In this document: positions 38,377 through 49,554 of the stretch, piece by piece
Position numbering within the stretch: the first letter of the stretch is position 1
Layout: every line of letters starts with the position of its first letter
From: Candidatus Eiseniibacteriota bacterium
Lineage (GTDB): Bacteria > Eisenbacteria > RBG-16-71-46
Length of the DNA stretch: 64,000 nucleotides
Assembly: GCA_963744995.1 (NCBI GenBank)
Contig: CAVUWA010000010.1
Span: forward strand, 32,001-96,000
Direction: 5' to 3'
Position numbers and translations under genes: made by a program
The notes under the pieces: model-generated
What the model saw: only the letters and a program-made list of their open reading frames with translations
The model's database searches: none
What the model was told of the DNA's origin: nothing

Positions 38377-39588
38377 ATGCGAAGGTCGCATCCTCCCCTC
38401 GCCGCCCTCGCGGCCCTGGCCGTCATCACGCTGCTCGCCGTGCCCCGGGTGCACGCTGATTCGGGTGCCGTAGTGATTCTCGTGGATCGCAGCGCGAGCA
38501 TGAACGACAGTGGCAAGTGGTCGGTCACCACCCAGGCTCTGGTCGACGCCCTCGACCGGGACAGCTTCGACGGGCTCGAGATCGGCCTCGTGGCCTCGCC
38601 GAACGGGACGGTCACCGGACCGGCCTGCGTCTTCAACTTCCCCGTACCCTGCGCCTATCCGCTGCTGCCGCAGATCGTGATCGCGCCGGCAGGCCCCAAG
38701 GCGTCGGTGGGACCCGGTCACCGCCGCGACCTGCGCGACTGGCTCACGGTCACGATGCCCGTCGACGCGGCGAACGGCGACGGGCAGCCCCTCTACGGGG
38801 CGATAGCGACGGCGATCTCGGCGCTGCAGGGCTGGGCCGGCTCCGGTCCCCGCGTCCTCCTCGTGCTCACCGACGGGGGGATCGGCTGCGCGCAGCTCTC
38901 GCCCCGCCCCGGGTACGCCGACTGCAACGGCTGCGACCATGAGTGGGAGAACCCGCTGACCATCGTGCAGTTGGTCGCGGACGCAAACGCCGACGCGTCG
39001 AAGCCGGTCGAGACGTTCGTCGTGGGACTTCCCGGCTCGGACTCGTACGACGCCACGGCCTGCAGCTTCCCGCCCTACCACATGAAACTCGCCCTCAGCG
39101 CGATCGCCGCCGCGGGAGCCCCGGAGCAGGTGCCCACGGACTGCGATGGACGGACGTACACGCAGGGCGGCGGTGACCCGTCGGTGCCGTGTCATGACGA
39201 CTTGAGCGGAGACTTCTCGCAGCAGGCACTCGCCGACGACGTCGAAGCGCTCACCCTCTTGGTGACGGGCGCGAACACCGGGGTGCCGGTTCTCGTGGGT
39301 GGCGCCGCCGGGGCGCTTGCGCTGGCGCCGGCCCACCCGAATCCCGCGCGCCACGCGACGACGCTCCGCTTCACGCTGCCTCGCGGGACCCGGACGCGCA
39401 TCACCGTGCACGACCTGGCCGGTCGTCTGGTGCGAACGCTGGCGGATGCCTGGCTCGCGCCCGGCGGCTATTCGCTCGACTGGGACCTGCACGACGGCGC
39501 CGGCAGCCCGGTGGCGGGTGGCCTCTACTTCGTGCAGCTCTCGAGCGGCGGCGCTTCCCGCACCGGGCGGATTTCCGTCGTGCGTTGA
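38377..39588 (+). CDS. Secreted Cys-rich VWA-domain protein with FlgD-like tail
   Basis: MIDAS DRSAS, LVLTDG, VETFVVG; signal peptide; tail PNP…HDLAGRLVRTL…WD…GLYFVQL; AGGAGG RBS. Confidence 0.82.
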   Translation: MRRSHPPLAALAALAVITLLAVPRVHADSGAVVILVDRSASMNDSGKWSVTTQALVDALDRDSFDGLEIGLVASPNGTVTGPACVFNFPVPCAYPLLPQIVIAPAGPKASVGPGHRRDLRDWLTVTMPVDAANGDGQPLYGAIATAISALQGWAGSGPRVLLVLTDGGIGCAQLSPRPGYADCNGCDHEWENPLTIVQLVADANADASKPVETFVVGLPGSDSYDATACSFPPYHMKLALSAIAAAGAPEQVPTDCDGRTYTQGGGDPSVPCHDDLSGDFSQQALADDVEALTLLVTGANTGVPVLVGGAAGALALAPAHPNPARHATTLRFTLPRGTRTRITVHDLAGRLVRTLADAWLAPGGYSLDWDLHDGAGSPVAGGLYFVQLSSGGASRTGRISVVR

Positions 39589-40027
39589 CGCACGATGGCC
39601 CGTGGCCCCGGACGGGCGCGCGTGCCGTCATCGCAGCCGCACGATGCGCCGTGCGAGCCTGCGGCCCGACGACTCGATGCCGACAAACAGGCAGCGGCGA
39701 CATGACTCCTCACTTCCGGAATCTCCTGATCAACTCGACCGTGGCGGGATCCTGTCACGGTTCGCCGTCTCGTTCGATGCCGAGAGCCGTCTGTTGCGAA
39801 TCGCGCCGGGAGCGGACGCGCTGATACCGCCGGCCGGCGCTCACTGAGAGACTCTCTCGACCTCGACATGCTCACGGTGCACGCGCGCGCGACTCGCGCG
39901 ACCGACGGACGAACGGCGGCGGGCGTGCAGGGCAACAGGATGATCGGGCCACTGGGGCCGCCGGGTTCTGCTAGTCTTGCGTGGTCGTGCGGTCGCTTCG
40001 TCCAACTTCGTCCACGGAGGGGAGTCC

Positions 40028-40846
40028 ATGCGCAACGCCCATTCGATGGGTGTCCTGCTGTTCGGCCTGGTGCTGGCCACCGGCGCTTCGGCCGACGTCA
40101 CGATCAGGATCAAGGAGACCCGCGGCCTCGATCGGAAACAGCCGGAGGTCAGCACGGGCACGATGCGCTTCAACGCGGATTGCATGGCCTCGAGTTGGGA
40201 AGGCGCCGAGGCCGAGCAAGGCCGGATGATCTTCCGTGGCGACAAGAACCTCATGTGGGTCGTCAACGACGAGCGGAAGAGCTACCAGCAGATCGACCAG
40301 GCGCTCATCGACCAGATGTCGAGCCAGATGACCGAAGCGCAGGCGCAGATGAAGGCGCAGATGGAGAAGATGCCCCCCGAGCAGCGCGCGCAGGTCGAGG
40401 AGATGATGAAGAAGATGGGCCGCGGCGTCCCGAGCGGTGACGCGCCGCAGAAGATGGAGTACCGCAAGACCGGCGAGACGAAGACGATCGACGGGCAGCC
40501 GTGCACGAAGTACGAGGCCTACTGGGGCAAGGACCTCGTCTCGTACGTCTGGGTAGCGCCCTATTCCTCGATGAAGCTGACCGAGAGCGACGCCGCCGTT
40601 TTCAAGAAGATGTCGGACTTCATGGCCGGGTTGACCAGCGCGTTCGGCAAGCCGCAGAAGCAGGATTACATCCCGATGCACGAGCTGAACGGCGTCCCGC
40701 TGCTGACCCAGCGCGTCGAGAACGGCAAGGTCACCTCCGAGACGCTGGTGGAGTCGGTGTCGCACGGCGCGGTCCCGTCGGCGGCTTTCGACCTGCCGGC
40801 GGGCTACAAGCTCCAGAAGATGGAGGGACTGAAGGGCCGCAAGTAA
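40028..40846 (+). CDS. Secreted DUF4412-like protein
   Basis: Signal peptide; Met/Gln-rich helix (QMEKMPPEQRAQVEEMM); KTGETKTIDGQPCTKY; FDLPAGYK. Confidence 0.75.
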   Translation: MRNAHSMGVLLFGLVLATGASADVTIRIKETRGLDRKQPEVSTGTMRFNADCMASSWEGAEAEQGRMIFRGDKNLMWVVNDERKSYQQIDQALIDQMSSQMTEAQAQMKAQMEKMPPEQRAQVEEMMKKMGRGVPSGDAPQKMEYRKTGETKTIDGQPCTKYEAYWGKDLVSYVWVAPYSSMKLTESDAAVFKKMSDFMAGLTSAFGKPQKQDYIPMHELNGVPLLTQRVENGKVTSETLVESVSHGAVPSAAFDLPAGYKLQKMEGLKGRK

Positions 40847-40952
40847 CCTCGCGAACCCAGGCGCCTTCGCGCGGGCGTGACCAACCGCCGGAACGACCCG
40901 GCGTGGCTTGATCGGGTTGGACGCCGATGTCGGCGCGACGTATTTTGCCCCG

Positions 40953-42428
40953 ATGAATACATCCCCTGTACGACCCAGCCGAGCCCGCGGGGCGCGCGGG
41001 CCACTGTGCAGCGCGCTCCTCGGCGCTGCAGCGTCCCTCGCCGTCGCCACCGCGCCCGCCATCGCGCAGCGCCCGACCCTTTCGCCAGGAGTCCGCCCGT
41101 ACGTCGCGGTGGATACGAACGTGGTGGCACTCACCCACGTGCGCGTCATCGACGGCACGGGTGCGCCGGCCAGGGAAGACCAGACCCTCGTCATACGAGA
41201 CGGCAAGATCTCGTCGCTGGGTCCATCGGCCTCGGTGCCGGCGCCTGCGGGCGCCGTGGTCATGAACCTCACCGGCAAGTCGGTGATCCCGGGCCTTGTG
41301 ATGATGCACGAGCACCTCTATTACCCCACGGGCCCGGGCGTCTACGCCAACCTCACCGAGAGCTTCACGCGGCTCTATCTCGCGGGCGGCGTCACCACGA
41401 TGCGCACCGCAGGGAACGCGAACGGCTACGGCGAGCTCGCGATCGCCCGCGAGATCAAGTCGGGGGCGAAGCCGGGACCGTGGATCGACGCCACCGGCCC
41501 GTACCTGCAGGGACCCGCCGCCGGATTCACGCAGATGCACGCCCTAAAGGACGTCGAAGACGCGCGCCGCATGGTGGACTTCTGGGCCGACGCCGGCGCG
41601 ACCTCGTTCAAGGCCTACATGCACATCACCCGGGAGGAGCTGGCGGCGGCCGCGAAAGCGGCGCACCTGCACGGCATGAAGATCACCGGCCACTTCTGCT
41701 CGGTGACCTACCACGAGGCCGCGGAGCTGGGCGTCGATAACCTGGAGCACGGGTTCTTCGTCGCCACCGACTTCGTCAAGGACAAGAAGCCCGACGAGTG
41801 CCCGGGACAGCGGGAGGGCATGACGGCGCTGAACGAGGTGGATCCGCAGGGCCCGCAGTTCAAGGCGCTCGTGGGCGACCTGATCGCCCACCACGTCGCG
41901 GTGACGTCCACGCTTCCGGTGTTCGAGACGTTCACGCCCGGCCGCCCCCAGCCGCCGGGGCTCGACGTTCTGGATCCCATCCTCAAGGATCAGTTCGAAG
42001 CCACGTACAAAAAGGTCCAGGAAAATACGAAATCCATCTTTGCGGCGCTCTTCAAGAAGGACATGGCCATGGAGCTCGCCTTCGCCAGGGCGGGCGGCCT
42101 GTTGCTCGCCGGCACCGATCCCACCGGGTATGGCGGCGTCATTCCGGGTTACTCCGACCAGCGACAGGTCGAGCTCCTCGTGGAGGCGGGCTTCACGCCG
42201 CTGGAAGCCATCCGGATCTGCACGCTGAACGGCGCGACGTATCTGGGGCGCGACGCTCTGGTCGGTTCGCTGGCGAAGGGGAAGCAGGCGGACCTGGTGA
42301 TCATCGACGGAAACCCCGCGGCGAACATCGCGGACATCCGCAACGTGTCGATGGTGTTTCGCCAGGGCGTCGGGTACGACCCCGCGAAGCTCGTCGCGAG
42401 CGTGAAGGGGAAGGTGGGGTTGTTCTAA
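40953..42428 (+). CDS. Secreted amidohydrolase family protein
   Basis: VIDGTG, VIPGLVMMHEH, AGGVTTMR, FKAY, LEHG, AGTD, GSLAKGKQADLVIIDGNP. Confidence 0.88.
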   Translation: MNTSPVRPSRARGARGPLCSALLGAAASLAVATAPAIAQRPTLSPGVRPYVAVDTNVVALTHVRVIDGTGAPAREDQTLVIRDGKISSLGPSASVPAPAGAVVMNLTGKSVIPGLVMMHEHLYYPTGPGVYANLTESFTRLYLAGGVTTMRTAGNANGYGELAIAREIKSGAKPGPWIDATGPYLQGPAAGFTQMHALKDVEDARRMVDFWADAGATSFKAYMHITREELAAAAKAAHLHGMKITGHFCSVTYHEAAELGVDNLEHGFFVATDFVKDKKPDECPGQREGMTALNEVDPQGPQFKALVGDLIAHHVAVTSTLPVFETFTPGRPQPPGLDVLDPILKDQFEATYKKVQENTKSIFAALFKKDMAMELAFARAGGLLLAGTDPTGYGGVIPGYSDQRQVELLVEAGFTPLEAIRICTLNGATYLGRDALVGSLAKGKQADLVIIDGNPAANIADIRNVSMVFRQGVGYDPAKLVASVKGKVGLF

Positions 42429-42738
42429 CCGGGCTCGTGCCGGCGACGGCGGGTGGGAACTCGGCTCCGCCAGGTACCTTTCGATTTTCCCCTGGCGGGG
42501 TGTAGCTTGCCTCGAAATTCTCGAAGTCAACTCTGCGCTATGGCGATCGTGCGAGGATTCATGTCACCGCCGCCACGACGGCCCTGCCACGGAGTTTCTC
42601 CAACCACTCGGCGTTCGGCTCTCCTCGTGACCGGGCCGGCCCGCCTCGGTTGCCGCTCGACCATGCCCCAAACCTCGTCTTCGAATCCAGCGCGCAGGAG
42701 CGGCTCCCGGACCGCGTCTCCGGCGTGACGGGCCTCCG

Positions 42739-44616
42739 GTGAGCAGGAAGGAGCGCGGGCCGCGGCGTCCTTCGACCCGGCGGGCGCATGGAGCGGCGCA
42801 GTCTGCCTCGGTCGGCGGAACGAGCCCCGCGGCCCCGGGTCGGGGTCCCGGGCGGCTGTTTCGGTTCGTCTGGGTGCTTCCTGTTCTGGTGGCGGGCCTC
42901 GCGAACCTCGGCGTGCTCGGAAACGGGTTCGCCTACGACGACGTTCGAGTCATCGAGCTGCTTCGACAGCACCAGATCACCCTGGCGAGCGGGTCGGCCG
43001 TCACGCCGGAGCCTGGCGTCGCCGCTACGCCTCCGCTGCGCGACCAGGAGCTGCGGCCGCTCACCTATGCCGTTCACCTGCTCAACTACCAGCTCTGGGG
43101 TGACGCACCCTTCGGATTCCATCTGTCGAGTCTGCTGCTACACATGGTGGCTACAGCCCTGGTGTACGCCGCTGCCCTGCTGTTCGTGCGCACAGCCGCA
43201 ACGGCAGCGCTCGTTGCGCTGCTGTTCGCCGTGCATCCGCTGCACGTCGAGGTCGTCGCGAGCTTCGCGAACGTCAAGGACATCCTCGCTCTCATCTTCG
43301 ACCTTAGCGCCCTGCTGGCCTGGGTCCGCATTCGACCACACGTGCCGCGCGTGCTCACGACGGGCGCATTGCTCGCCCTTGGATTCGTGTCGAAGGAGAT
43401 CGCCGTAGTCGGCCTCCCGGTGTTGCTGATGGCCGGCCACGGCGTGCTCGGCCCCGACCGGGAAGAGGCGAAGCCTGCGCGCTGGCAGGTTCGGGTGTTG
43501 CTGTTTCTGGCCATTGGCCTGGGCGCCATGGTGGCGGCAGGACTGCTGTGGGGCGATCGGATTCCCGGCTTCAATCCGGCCGACATCGGAAACGCGACCG
43601 AGCAGCAGCTACACCACTACAGCACCGTGCTCGCCAATGCCGCGCTCGGTGTTCTGCGTCTGGTGCGGCTGCTGGTTCTCCCGATCGGGCTGTCGGCCGA
43701 CTACCCTGTGGCCACGAATGTGACGCTCGCGAGCCCGGCGGTATGGCTCGCGCTCTCGACCCTCGCGGCGCTGATCGTCCTTCCGCTCATGGGGTACCGC
43801 CGCCGCCCCCGGGCCGCGCTCGCGGCCGCCTGGGTGATCGTCATGTACCTGCCGATATCCAACCTCATTCCGCTGGTCCACTTCTTCGCCGCAGATCGCT
43901 ACGCCTACGTTCCATCCTTCGGATACTGCGTGCTGTTTGGCATGGCCACGGACTTCCTCCATCGGCGTGCCGGCATCCAGGGCCGGCGCGCGATTGTGGC
44001 CGTCGTGGTGCTCGTGATGGGGCTGCTCGCGCTGCAAACGGCTCGCCGGGTCGGCGATTGGAAGAACGATCTCTCGCTCTGGTCGTCGGCCTCGCGCGCC
44101 GGATACGAAACCTATCGGATCCGGCACAAGCTCGGCGTTGCGCTATTCCTCGCGAGCGACGCGAATGCCGACACGGCGGCGACGGAACTGTCGCGAGCCA
44201 TCGCCCTGCGTCCGGGAATCACGGAAGATCATCTGTGGCTGGCGGGAGCGTTCTTCGCGGCGCACCGTGCGGAAGATGCCTGGCGGGAGGCGAACACCGT
44301 GCTGCAGGCAGACAGCGCCAATGCCATCTGCCGGTTCATTCGCGGCGAACTGCTCCTGCAGCGTGGCGACTCCCTTCGAGCACTGGCGGACTATCGCGTG
44401 ACCGTCGCGTCCGACAGCACTCACTTCGGCGCCTTGATGCGGATCGCGATGATCGATCTCGCCCAGGCGCGGGCGCGACCGGGCGGCCTGGAGGAAGCCG
44501 CAGCGCTCGCACGCCGTGCTGCGCGGCTCACCACGAACGACAACGCGGCGTTCCACCAGCAGGCGGTCGAGCTGGTCAGGCAGTCGGAGGCGGCCATTCA
44601 GCGTCGCCGAAAGTGA
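42739..44616 (+). CDS. TMTC-like GT-C protein O-mannosyltransferase with TPR C-terminus
   Basis: FAYDD, RPLT, FHL…LLH, LLFAVHPLHVEVV, SKE, LSADY, ADRYAYVPS, W….LW followed by TPRs. Confidence 0.82.
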   Translation: MSRKERGPRRPSTRRAHGAAQSASVGGTSPAAPGRGPGRLFRFVWVLPVLVAGLANLGVLGNGFAYDDVRVIELLRQHQITLASGSAVTPEPGVAATPPLRDQELRPLTYAVHLLNYQLWGDAPFGFHLSSLLLHMVATALVYAAALLFVRTAATAALVALLFAVHPLHVEVVASFANVKDILALIFDLSALLAWVRIRPHVPRVLTTGALLALGFVSKEIAVVGLPVLLMAGHGVLGPDREEAKPARWQVRVLLFLAIGLGAMVAAGLLWGDRIPGFNPADIGNATEQQLHHYSTVLANAALGVLRLVRLLVLPIGLSADYPVATNVTLASPAVWLALSTLAALIVLPLMGYRRRPRAALAAAWVIVMYLPISNLIPLVHFFAADRYAYVPSFGYCVLFGMATDFLHRRAGIQGRRAIVAVVVLVMGLLALQTARRVGDWKNDLSLWSSASRAGYETYRIRHKLGVALFLASDANADTAATELSRAIALRPGITEDHLWLAGAFFAAHRAEDAWREANTVLQADSANAICRFIRGELLLQRGDSLRALADYRVTVASDSTHFGALMRIAMIDLAQARARPGGLEEAAALARRAARLTTNDNAAFHQQAVELVRQSEAAIQRRRK

Positions 44617-44689
44617 AGCGCATCCCCCCGCGGCGAAAACGAGCTGGTGGCCAGAGCAGAGGGTGCTACTCTTGGATCCGCTGGAGGTC

Positions 44690-45200
44690 GCCCGTACCGG
44701 GAATACCAGCCCCATCCCGACGCGCGCACCGGCAACTCCGAGATCTACTTCACCATGCTGGATGCCTGTGGGAATCGGCTGCTGCCGGATGTCCAGGCGT
44801 CCCGGTCTCCCGGCGTTACTTCGACCGGGCCGAGCGTAGACATCGATGCGCAGGGCTTTGCCTGTATCTGCGCAGACCGGTCCGCCCTCGCCGCTGAGGG
44901 CTGCGCGTTGGGCGGACGGAGTTACCATGGATGCACGTTCATTGAGAGACGCGTTCCCGAAGCTGCGGCTATCCCGCATGAGCCGCCGGCTTCGGTTCCC
45001 TACTAATGCGAAGCGATAGCTCCTGCAGCCGGATGGGCACCACGCCGGCACAGGAACTACACGGGGCCGGACAACAGTTCCGACTTGCTGACCGTGTATG
45101 TGGACGGTCAGGCACAGGGACCTCCCGCCCTCTCTATGGTCTGGTTGGTCCCGAACGATGGCTGCCTGTTTGTGACCGTCATGGATTTCGACATGGAGGC
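44690..45200 (+). pseudogene. Degenerate remnant of a secreted beta-propeller-like gene
   Basis: D.RTGNSEIYFTMLD..GN…PSVDID segment, interrupted by a stop at 45004; no signal peptide. Confidence 0.3.
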
Positions 45201-45208
45201 GGCAGCGC

Positions 45209-46804
45209 ATGACAGAGCCCCCCGCGCAGACCCCGACCTCGGGAAGCCATCTGCCGGCGTGGGTTCTTCCCGCATTCTTCACCGCGATCGCTCTCTACGC
45301 CCTCGTGGTCGTCCTGGGGTTCAGTTCCAGAGCCCTCGTCTCGCGCGTGTTCGACGACACGTTCTACTTCCTGAAGATCGCGCAAAACGCCACCAGCGGA
45401 GGTCGTGCCAGCTTCGACGGCATCCATTCGACCAACGGCTTCCAGCCGCTGTGGTTGCTCGTGTTGCTTCCGCTGTACGGGTTTCTGCACTTCACGCCGG
45501 AAACGATGCTGCGGCTGGTCCTGCTGCTCCAGGTGGTGATGCTCGGTGCGGCCGCGTGGATCATGATGCGCTTTCTACGAGAGTTCTTTCCTCTTCGCAT
45601 AGCGCTGACTGCGTTGATCCTCGTGGTGTTCGCCGTCTTATATCCCGCGCTCAACGGAATGGAATCCGCGGTACTGATCCTGACGATGGTCAGCCTGCTC
45701 GCCTACGGTGCACACGCCTCCGTGTTCGACCGATTCCGCCCGCGGACTTCCCTGGTCTTTGGAGCGCTGCTCGGCCTCGTCTTCCTGTCCCGGCTCGATA
45801 CCGTGTTCCTGGCACCGGCGCTGGGCGCGGTCGGCCTGCTCACCGGCCAGGAGAGCCTGCGCGTGAAAGTCCTGCGTCTGTGCTGTATCGCCGGCGCCAC
45901 CACGATCGTCGTGATCCCCTACCTGATCTGGAATCTTCTGACGACGGGACACGTGATGCCGATCAGCGAGCAGCTCAAGTCCACGTTTCCGGTCGTGAGT
46001 TTCGAGGTCTCGCGAATCGCGCGGTTCGGAGTGCGCTACCTCGCCTGCCTCGCCTTCGGCGCGCTGTACCTGTTCTGGCTCCCCTGGCGCGCCCGGGGCC
46101 CAAGCCGTCGAGAACCCGGGTGGGGCTACGTCGACGGCGCCATCGCCGTGGGAGCCGCCGGGATGCTGATGCACGCCCTGCACTCCGTTCTCTTCATGCG
46201 GTGGGCCGTGTTCCGCTGGCACCACATCTGGTACGCCCTGATCGCGGCGCTCATCATCACGCGGGTCCTTGCATCACTCGACGCACGGCTCCCCGAGCCG
46301 CGCAGGACGCGCGTGGGGGCGATCATCGCGATCCTTGCACTGCTGGGTGGCGTGGCCGAGACCGCCCGTCAGGACTTCCTGATTCGACGCGGCGCGTGGC
46401 ACGTGGGCGCGTACAACGCTGCCGTGTGGGCGAGGTCGCAGACCGACCCGGCCGACGTCTTCGCCATGCACGACGCCGGTACCTTCGGGTACTTCAGCGA
46501 GCGGCGGGTCATCAATCTCGACGGCGTCGTCAACGACCTTGCGTATCAGGAGGTGCTCCGCGAGGGACGTTTGCACGACTACCTCGATGAGAATCATGTC
46601 AAGTTCATCGTGTCCCACGAGCTGGGCAAGCAGGAAGATCGCGATACCTACGTTCGCACCGACCTTCTCATCAGGAGTCGTCGCTATCCCGCATCGGCCG
46701 ACTCGATCCTCGTGTGGCACCGGGACGAAATCTATCGTGGTCCCGTCTACCGGCACGAGCGCAGGCATCACGTCGTGTGTGTGATCTGGCGGTTCCGCTC
46801 GTAG
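45209..46804 (+). CDS. GT-C fold membrane glycosyltransferase (ArnT/PMT-like)
   Basis: FDDTFYFLKIAQN, SFDG…TNGFQPLW, NGMES, LSRLD, DAG..GYFSERRVINLDGVVN. Confidence 0.78.
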   Translation: MTEPPAQTPTSGSHLPAWVLPAFFTAIALYALVVVLGFSSRALVSRVFDDTFYFLKIAQNATSGGRASFDGIHSTNGFQPLWLLVLLPLYGFLHFTPETMLRLVLLLQVVMLGAAAWIMMRFLREFFPLRIALTALILVVFAVLYPALNGMESAVLILTMVSLLAYGAHASVFDRFRPRTSLVFGALLGLVFLSRLDTVFLAPALGAVGLLTGQESLRVKVLRLCCIAGATTIVVIPYLIWNLLTTGHVMPISEQLKSTFPVVSFEVSRIARFGVRYLACLAFGALYLFWLPWRARGPSRREPGWGYVDGAIAVGAAGMLMHALHSVLFMRWAVFRWHHIWYALIAALIITRVLASLDARLPEPRRTRVGAIIAILALLGGVAETARQDFLIRRGAWHVGAYNAAVWARSQTDPADVFAMHDAGTFGYFSERRVINLDGVVNDLAYQEVLREGRLHDYLDENHVKFIVSHELGKQEDRDTYVRTDLLIRSRRYPASADSILVWHRDEIYRGPVYRHERRHHVVCVIWRFRS

Positions 46805-46825
46805 GGGAAGCCGGCGGCGAACCCG

Positions 46826-46947
46826 CGGGACGTCGCCATGGCCGCGCGGTGCTCGACCACGTAGGCGCGTTGGGATTGCAACACCGCCCAGCAGCGGCGC
46901 AGGAGCTTGGCCGCCAGCGCGCAGGTCGCCTGCTTGCGGTGCTTGCC
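46826..46947 (-). mobile_element. IS110-family transposase C-terminal remnant, second copy
   Basis: About 120 bp closely matching 29934-30052; encodes GKHRKQATCALAAKLLRRCWAVL. Confidence 0.55.
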
Positions 46948-47004
46948 GCGTGCAGTCGCCTGCACCGCCGCTGCCGCCCGCCGGACAAGCCGAACGTGAA
47001 CGTG

Positions 47005-48810
47005 CTAGCGCATCCGGACGACCCTGCGCATGGCGATTCCGCTCTCCGTCTCGAGTTTCGCGACGTAGACGCCCGGGCCCGCTTCCGAGCCGCTGACGTC
47101 CGTTCCGTCCCAGACCGCGGTGTGCAGACCGGCGGCACGCCGGCCGCTCAGCGGCTCGGCGATCCTTCGCCCGGCGATGTCGTAGATGGACAGTCGAACG
47201 GAACCCGCAACGGGCAGGACGAACGTGAGCCGCGTCGTGGAGCGGAATGGATTCGGCGCGGGGGGCGCGAGCGCGAGCGCCGAACCGGACCGTTCTGAAG
47301 GCTCGACCGCGACGGTGCCGGAGGCCGTGCGCAGATCCATCTCGGCACGACCGTTGCCCTGCGGCGAGAACCAGGGCGAACGCGGGAAGAACGGCGAGCG
47401 GCTGACGATGCGCATCCGCCAGTGATACCGGGCGTCTTCACTCAGTCCCGTTACGGGCAGCTCGAGGCGGGTACCCAGGAGACCACCGTCCAGCTCCGGC
47501 CCGGCGCGCAGACCGGTGCCGTCGAACGGAACACCCGCGGGCTTGACCTCGACCTGCAGAGCCACGTCCGCCCGCCCCGCCGCCGAGCGGCCCAGGGCGT
47601 CCACGAGAAAAGCGGACGGCGAATCCGTGCGACCCAGCAGGGCAATGGGCGCCGAGTCGTCCGCTCGGCGCTGCCGCGGAACGTGGCCCAGTCCGTTGCG
47701 CCTGCCGCCGTAGTGCAGGCGCACCTGTCCCTCCTCGATCTCGGGGTTGTCGATCCAGATCGCACCAACGAGGACATCCGAGAACCCGTCACCATTGACG
47801 TCGCCGGCGCTTCCGACCGACCAGCCGTATCCCGAGTTGGGCTGGGTACTCTCGGCCAGCCAGGACGGCTGGGCCCCGGGACCGGTGCTGGACCCGCGAT
47901 AGACGCGAACCTGGCCCGCCTGGCTGATGCCCGTGTTGTACAGCGGTGCGCCGATGATGAGATCGCTGTATCCGTCGAGGTCGACGTCACCGGCCGCGGC
48001 GGCGGAGTAGCCGAAGTCACAGCCGCTCCGGCCGCCACGTGCCGTCCACGCAGGCGCAGCGCTCAGACCGGCCGGGGAGCCGAGATACACACGAACCTGC
48101 CCTTCACTTTGAAACACGACGTCGTACTCCGGCGCGCCGACGATCACGTCGGAGAAACCGTCACCGTTGACGTCGCCCGCACAGGCCACCGACTCGCCGA
48201 AGTGCGCCTGGGCCTGATTGCCGTTCATGATCCAGGCAGGGGTGCGAGAGACCCTGCTCGGAACCCAGGTACAGGCACACGCGTCCTTCGTCGGGCTGGG
48301 TTGCGTCGTAGTACGGCGCGCCGACGATGACGTCGGAGAAGCCGTCGCCGTTGATGTCGCCCGCACTCGCGACCGAGTGGCTGAAGAACGCCCTGAACTG
48401 GTTCCCGTCGGCGGTCCATGCCGGATCCGCCTCGAGGCCGGCGGGCGAACCGTGGTAGACGAACGCCCGGCCCTCATCGGTCTCGCCGACGTCGTAGTCC
48501 GATGCGCGCACGATCACGTCGTCGTAGCCGTCGCCATTGACGTCGCCCGCGCAGGCGACGGTCGAGCCGAAGAACGCGTAGTCCTGATCGCCCGTGGCCG
48601 TCCAGTTCGGGAGCAGGCTCGGCCCGGAGGCGGACCCCAGATGGAGGAACGCGGCGCCCTCGTTCACCTCCCCGTCGTCGTGGCGACGCGCACCGACGAT
48701 CACGTCCGAAAAGCCGTCGCCGTTCACGTCACCCGCCGTGGCGACGGAATATCCCAGCAGAGCGGAGGCCTGGCTGCGCTCGGCGATCCATCCGGGCGCG
48801 GCGGCCGGCC
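47005..48810 (-). pseudogene. FG-GAP (integrin-alpha-like) repeat protein with FlgD tail; 5'-truncated and frameshifted near 48240
   Basis: Six AGD(V/I)(N/D).DG(F/Y).D…G repeats split across two frames; no signal peptide or start upstream of GWIAERSQ. Confidence 0.8.
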
Positions 48811-49439
48811 CCTCACCCGCGCCGCCACGGGAGGCACCGCAACCGCGGCGAGCTTGCCGACACGCGGAGAGGCGGGTTCCTTCTGGAATCGGCCGCGGGC
48901 GGGCCGCCCGGCGTGTGGGGACCGGGCGCGACCGGAGCCGGCGCCGTGGGAACCCGATCGCCTGCCGTCCGCACGGGCGGCGGGACCGGCTCCGCATGTC
49001 CTCGGCGGAAAGTCTAGCGCAATGCCGGGGGTCCGGCATCCCCGCCGTGCGGCCGTGTGCCTCGCGGCGTGGCAGGCATGCGCGCGCGGCGTCCCGGTGG
49101 CGGGCCGCTCGCGCCCATGCCGATCGCCGCATGCGTGGCCGCGCGCTTGGCCTCGCGCGCGTCACCACGCAGAGAGCGGTGCGGCGGATCCTCCTCCACC
49201 TCGATGCGCACGGCACCGGCGCGCGCCGGGCCGTGGGCAGGCGCGGCGGCGTGAGCGCAGGGCGCGGGGGACGGAACCCTCTCCCCCGCCTGGGCGCGCA
49301 CCGGAGTGGCTGCGGGGGCGTGGTGGGACGGGTGTGCGCGGGGGGCGGCGCGGGGTCTGGCGCGGACGAAACCGGGCAGGCTGTCGGCTCGTGCGACCTG
49401 GCCAAGGACCCGGCGCGCTGCGTCAACACGGGGCGCGGA

Positions 49440-49501
49440 GGGATTTCAGGGTGGAGCGGGGCTCGAGGCGGGCGTAGGCTGGGCGTGGGGAGCGCGAGAG
49501 T
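49440..49501 (+). repeat. Dispersed ~60-bp element, copy C
   Basis: GGGATTTCAGGGTGGAGCGGGGCTCGAGGCGGGCGTAGGCTGGGCGTGGGGAGCGCGAGAGT; similarity to copy D extends back to 49427. Confidence 0.8.
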
Positions 49502-49554
49502 CATTCGCCGCGAGCGGATGTGCCCCCGTCCCTCCGCTGCGTCAGGAGCAGACC

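Noticed and set aside
1260..48245. Programmed frameshifting at about 1270, 5210 and 48240
   Set aside because: No slippery heptamers are visible; single-base indels from sequencing error or decay are more parsimonious.
48810..49430. Coding extension of the FG-GAP gene (ORF 48161-49504) or the 419/456-aa plus-strand ORFs
   Set aside because: Low-complexity Arg/Pro/Ala translation with no signal peptide or FG-GAP motifs; likely non-coding or decayed.
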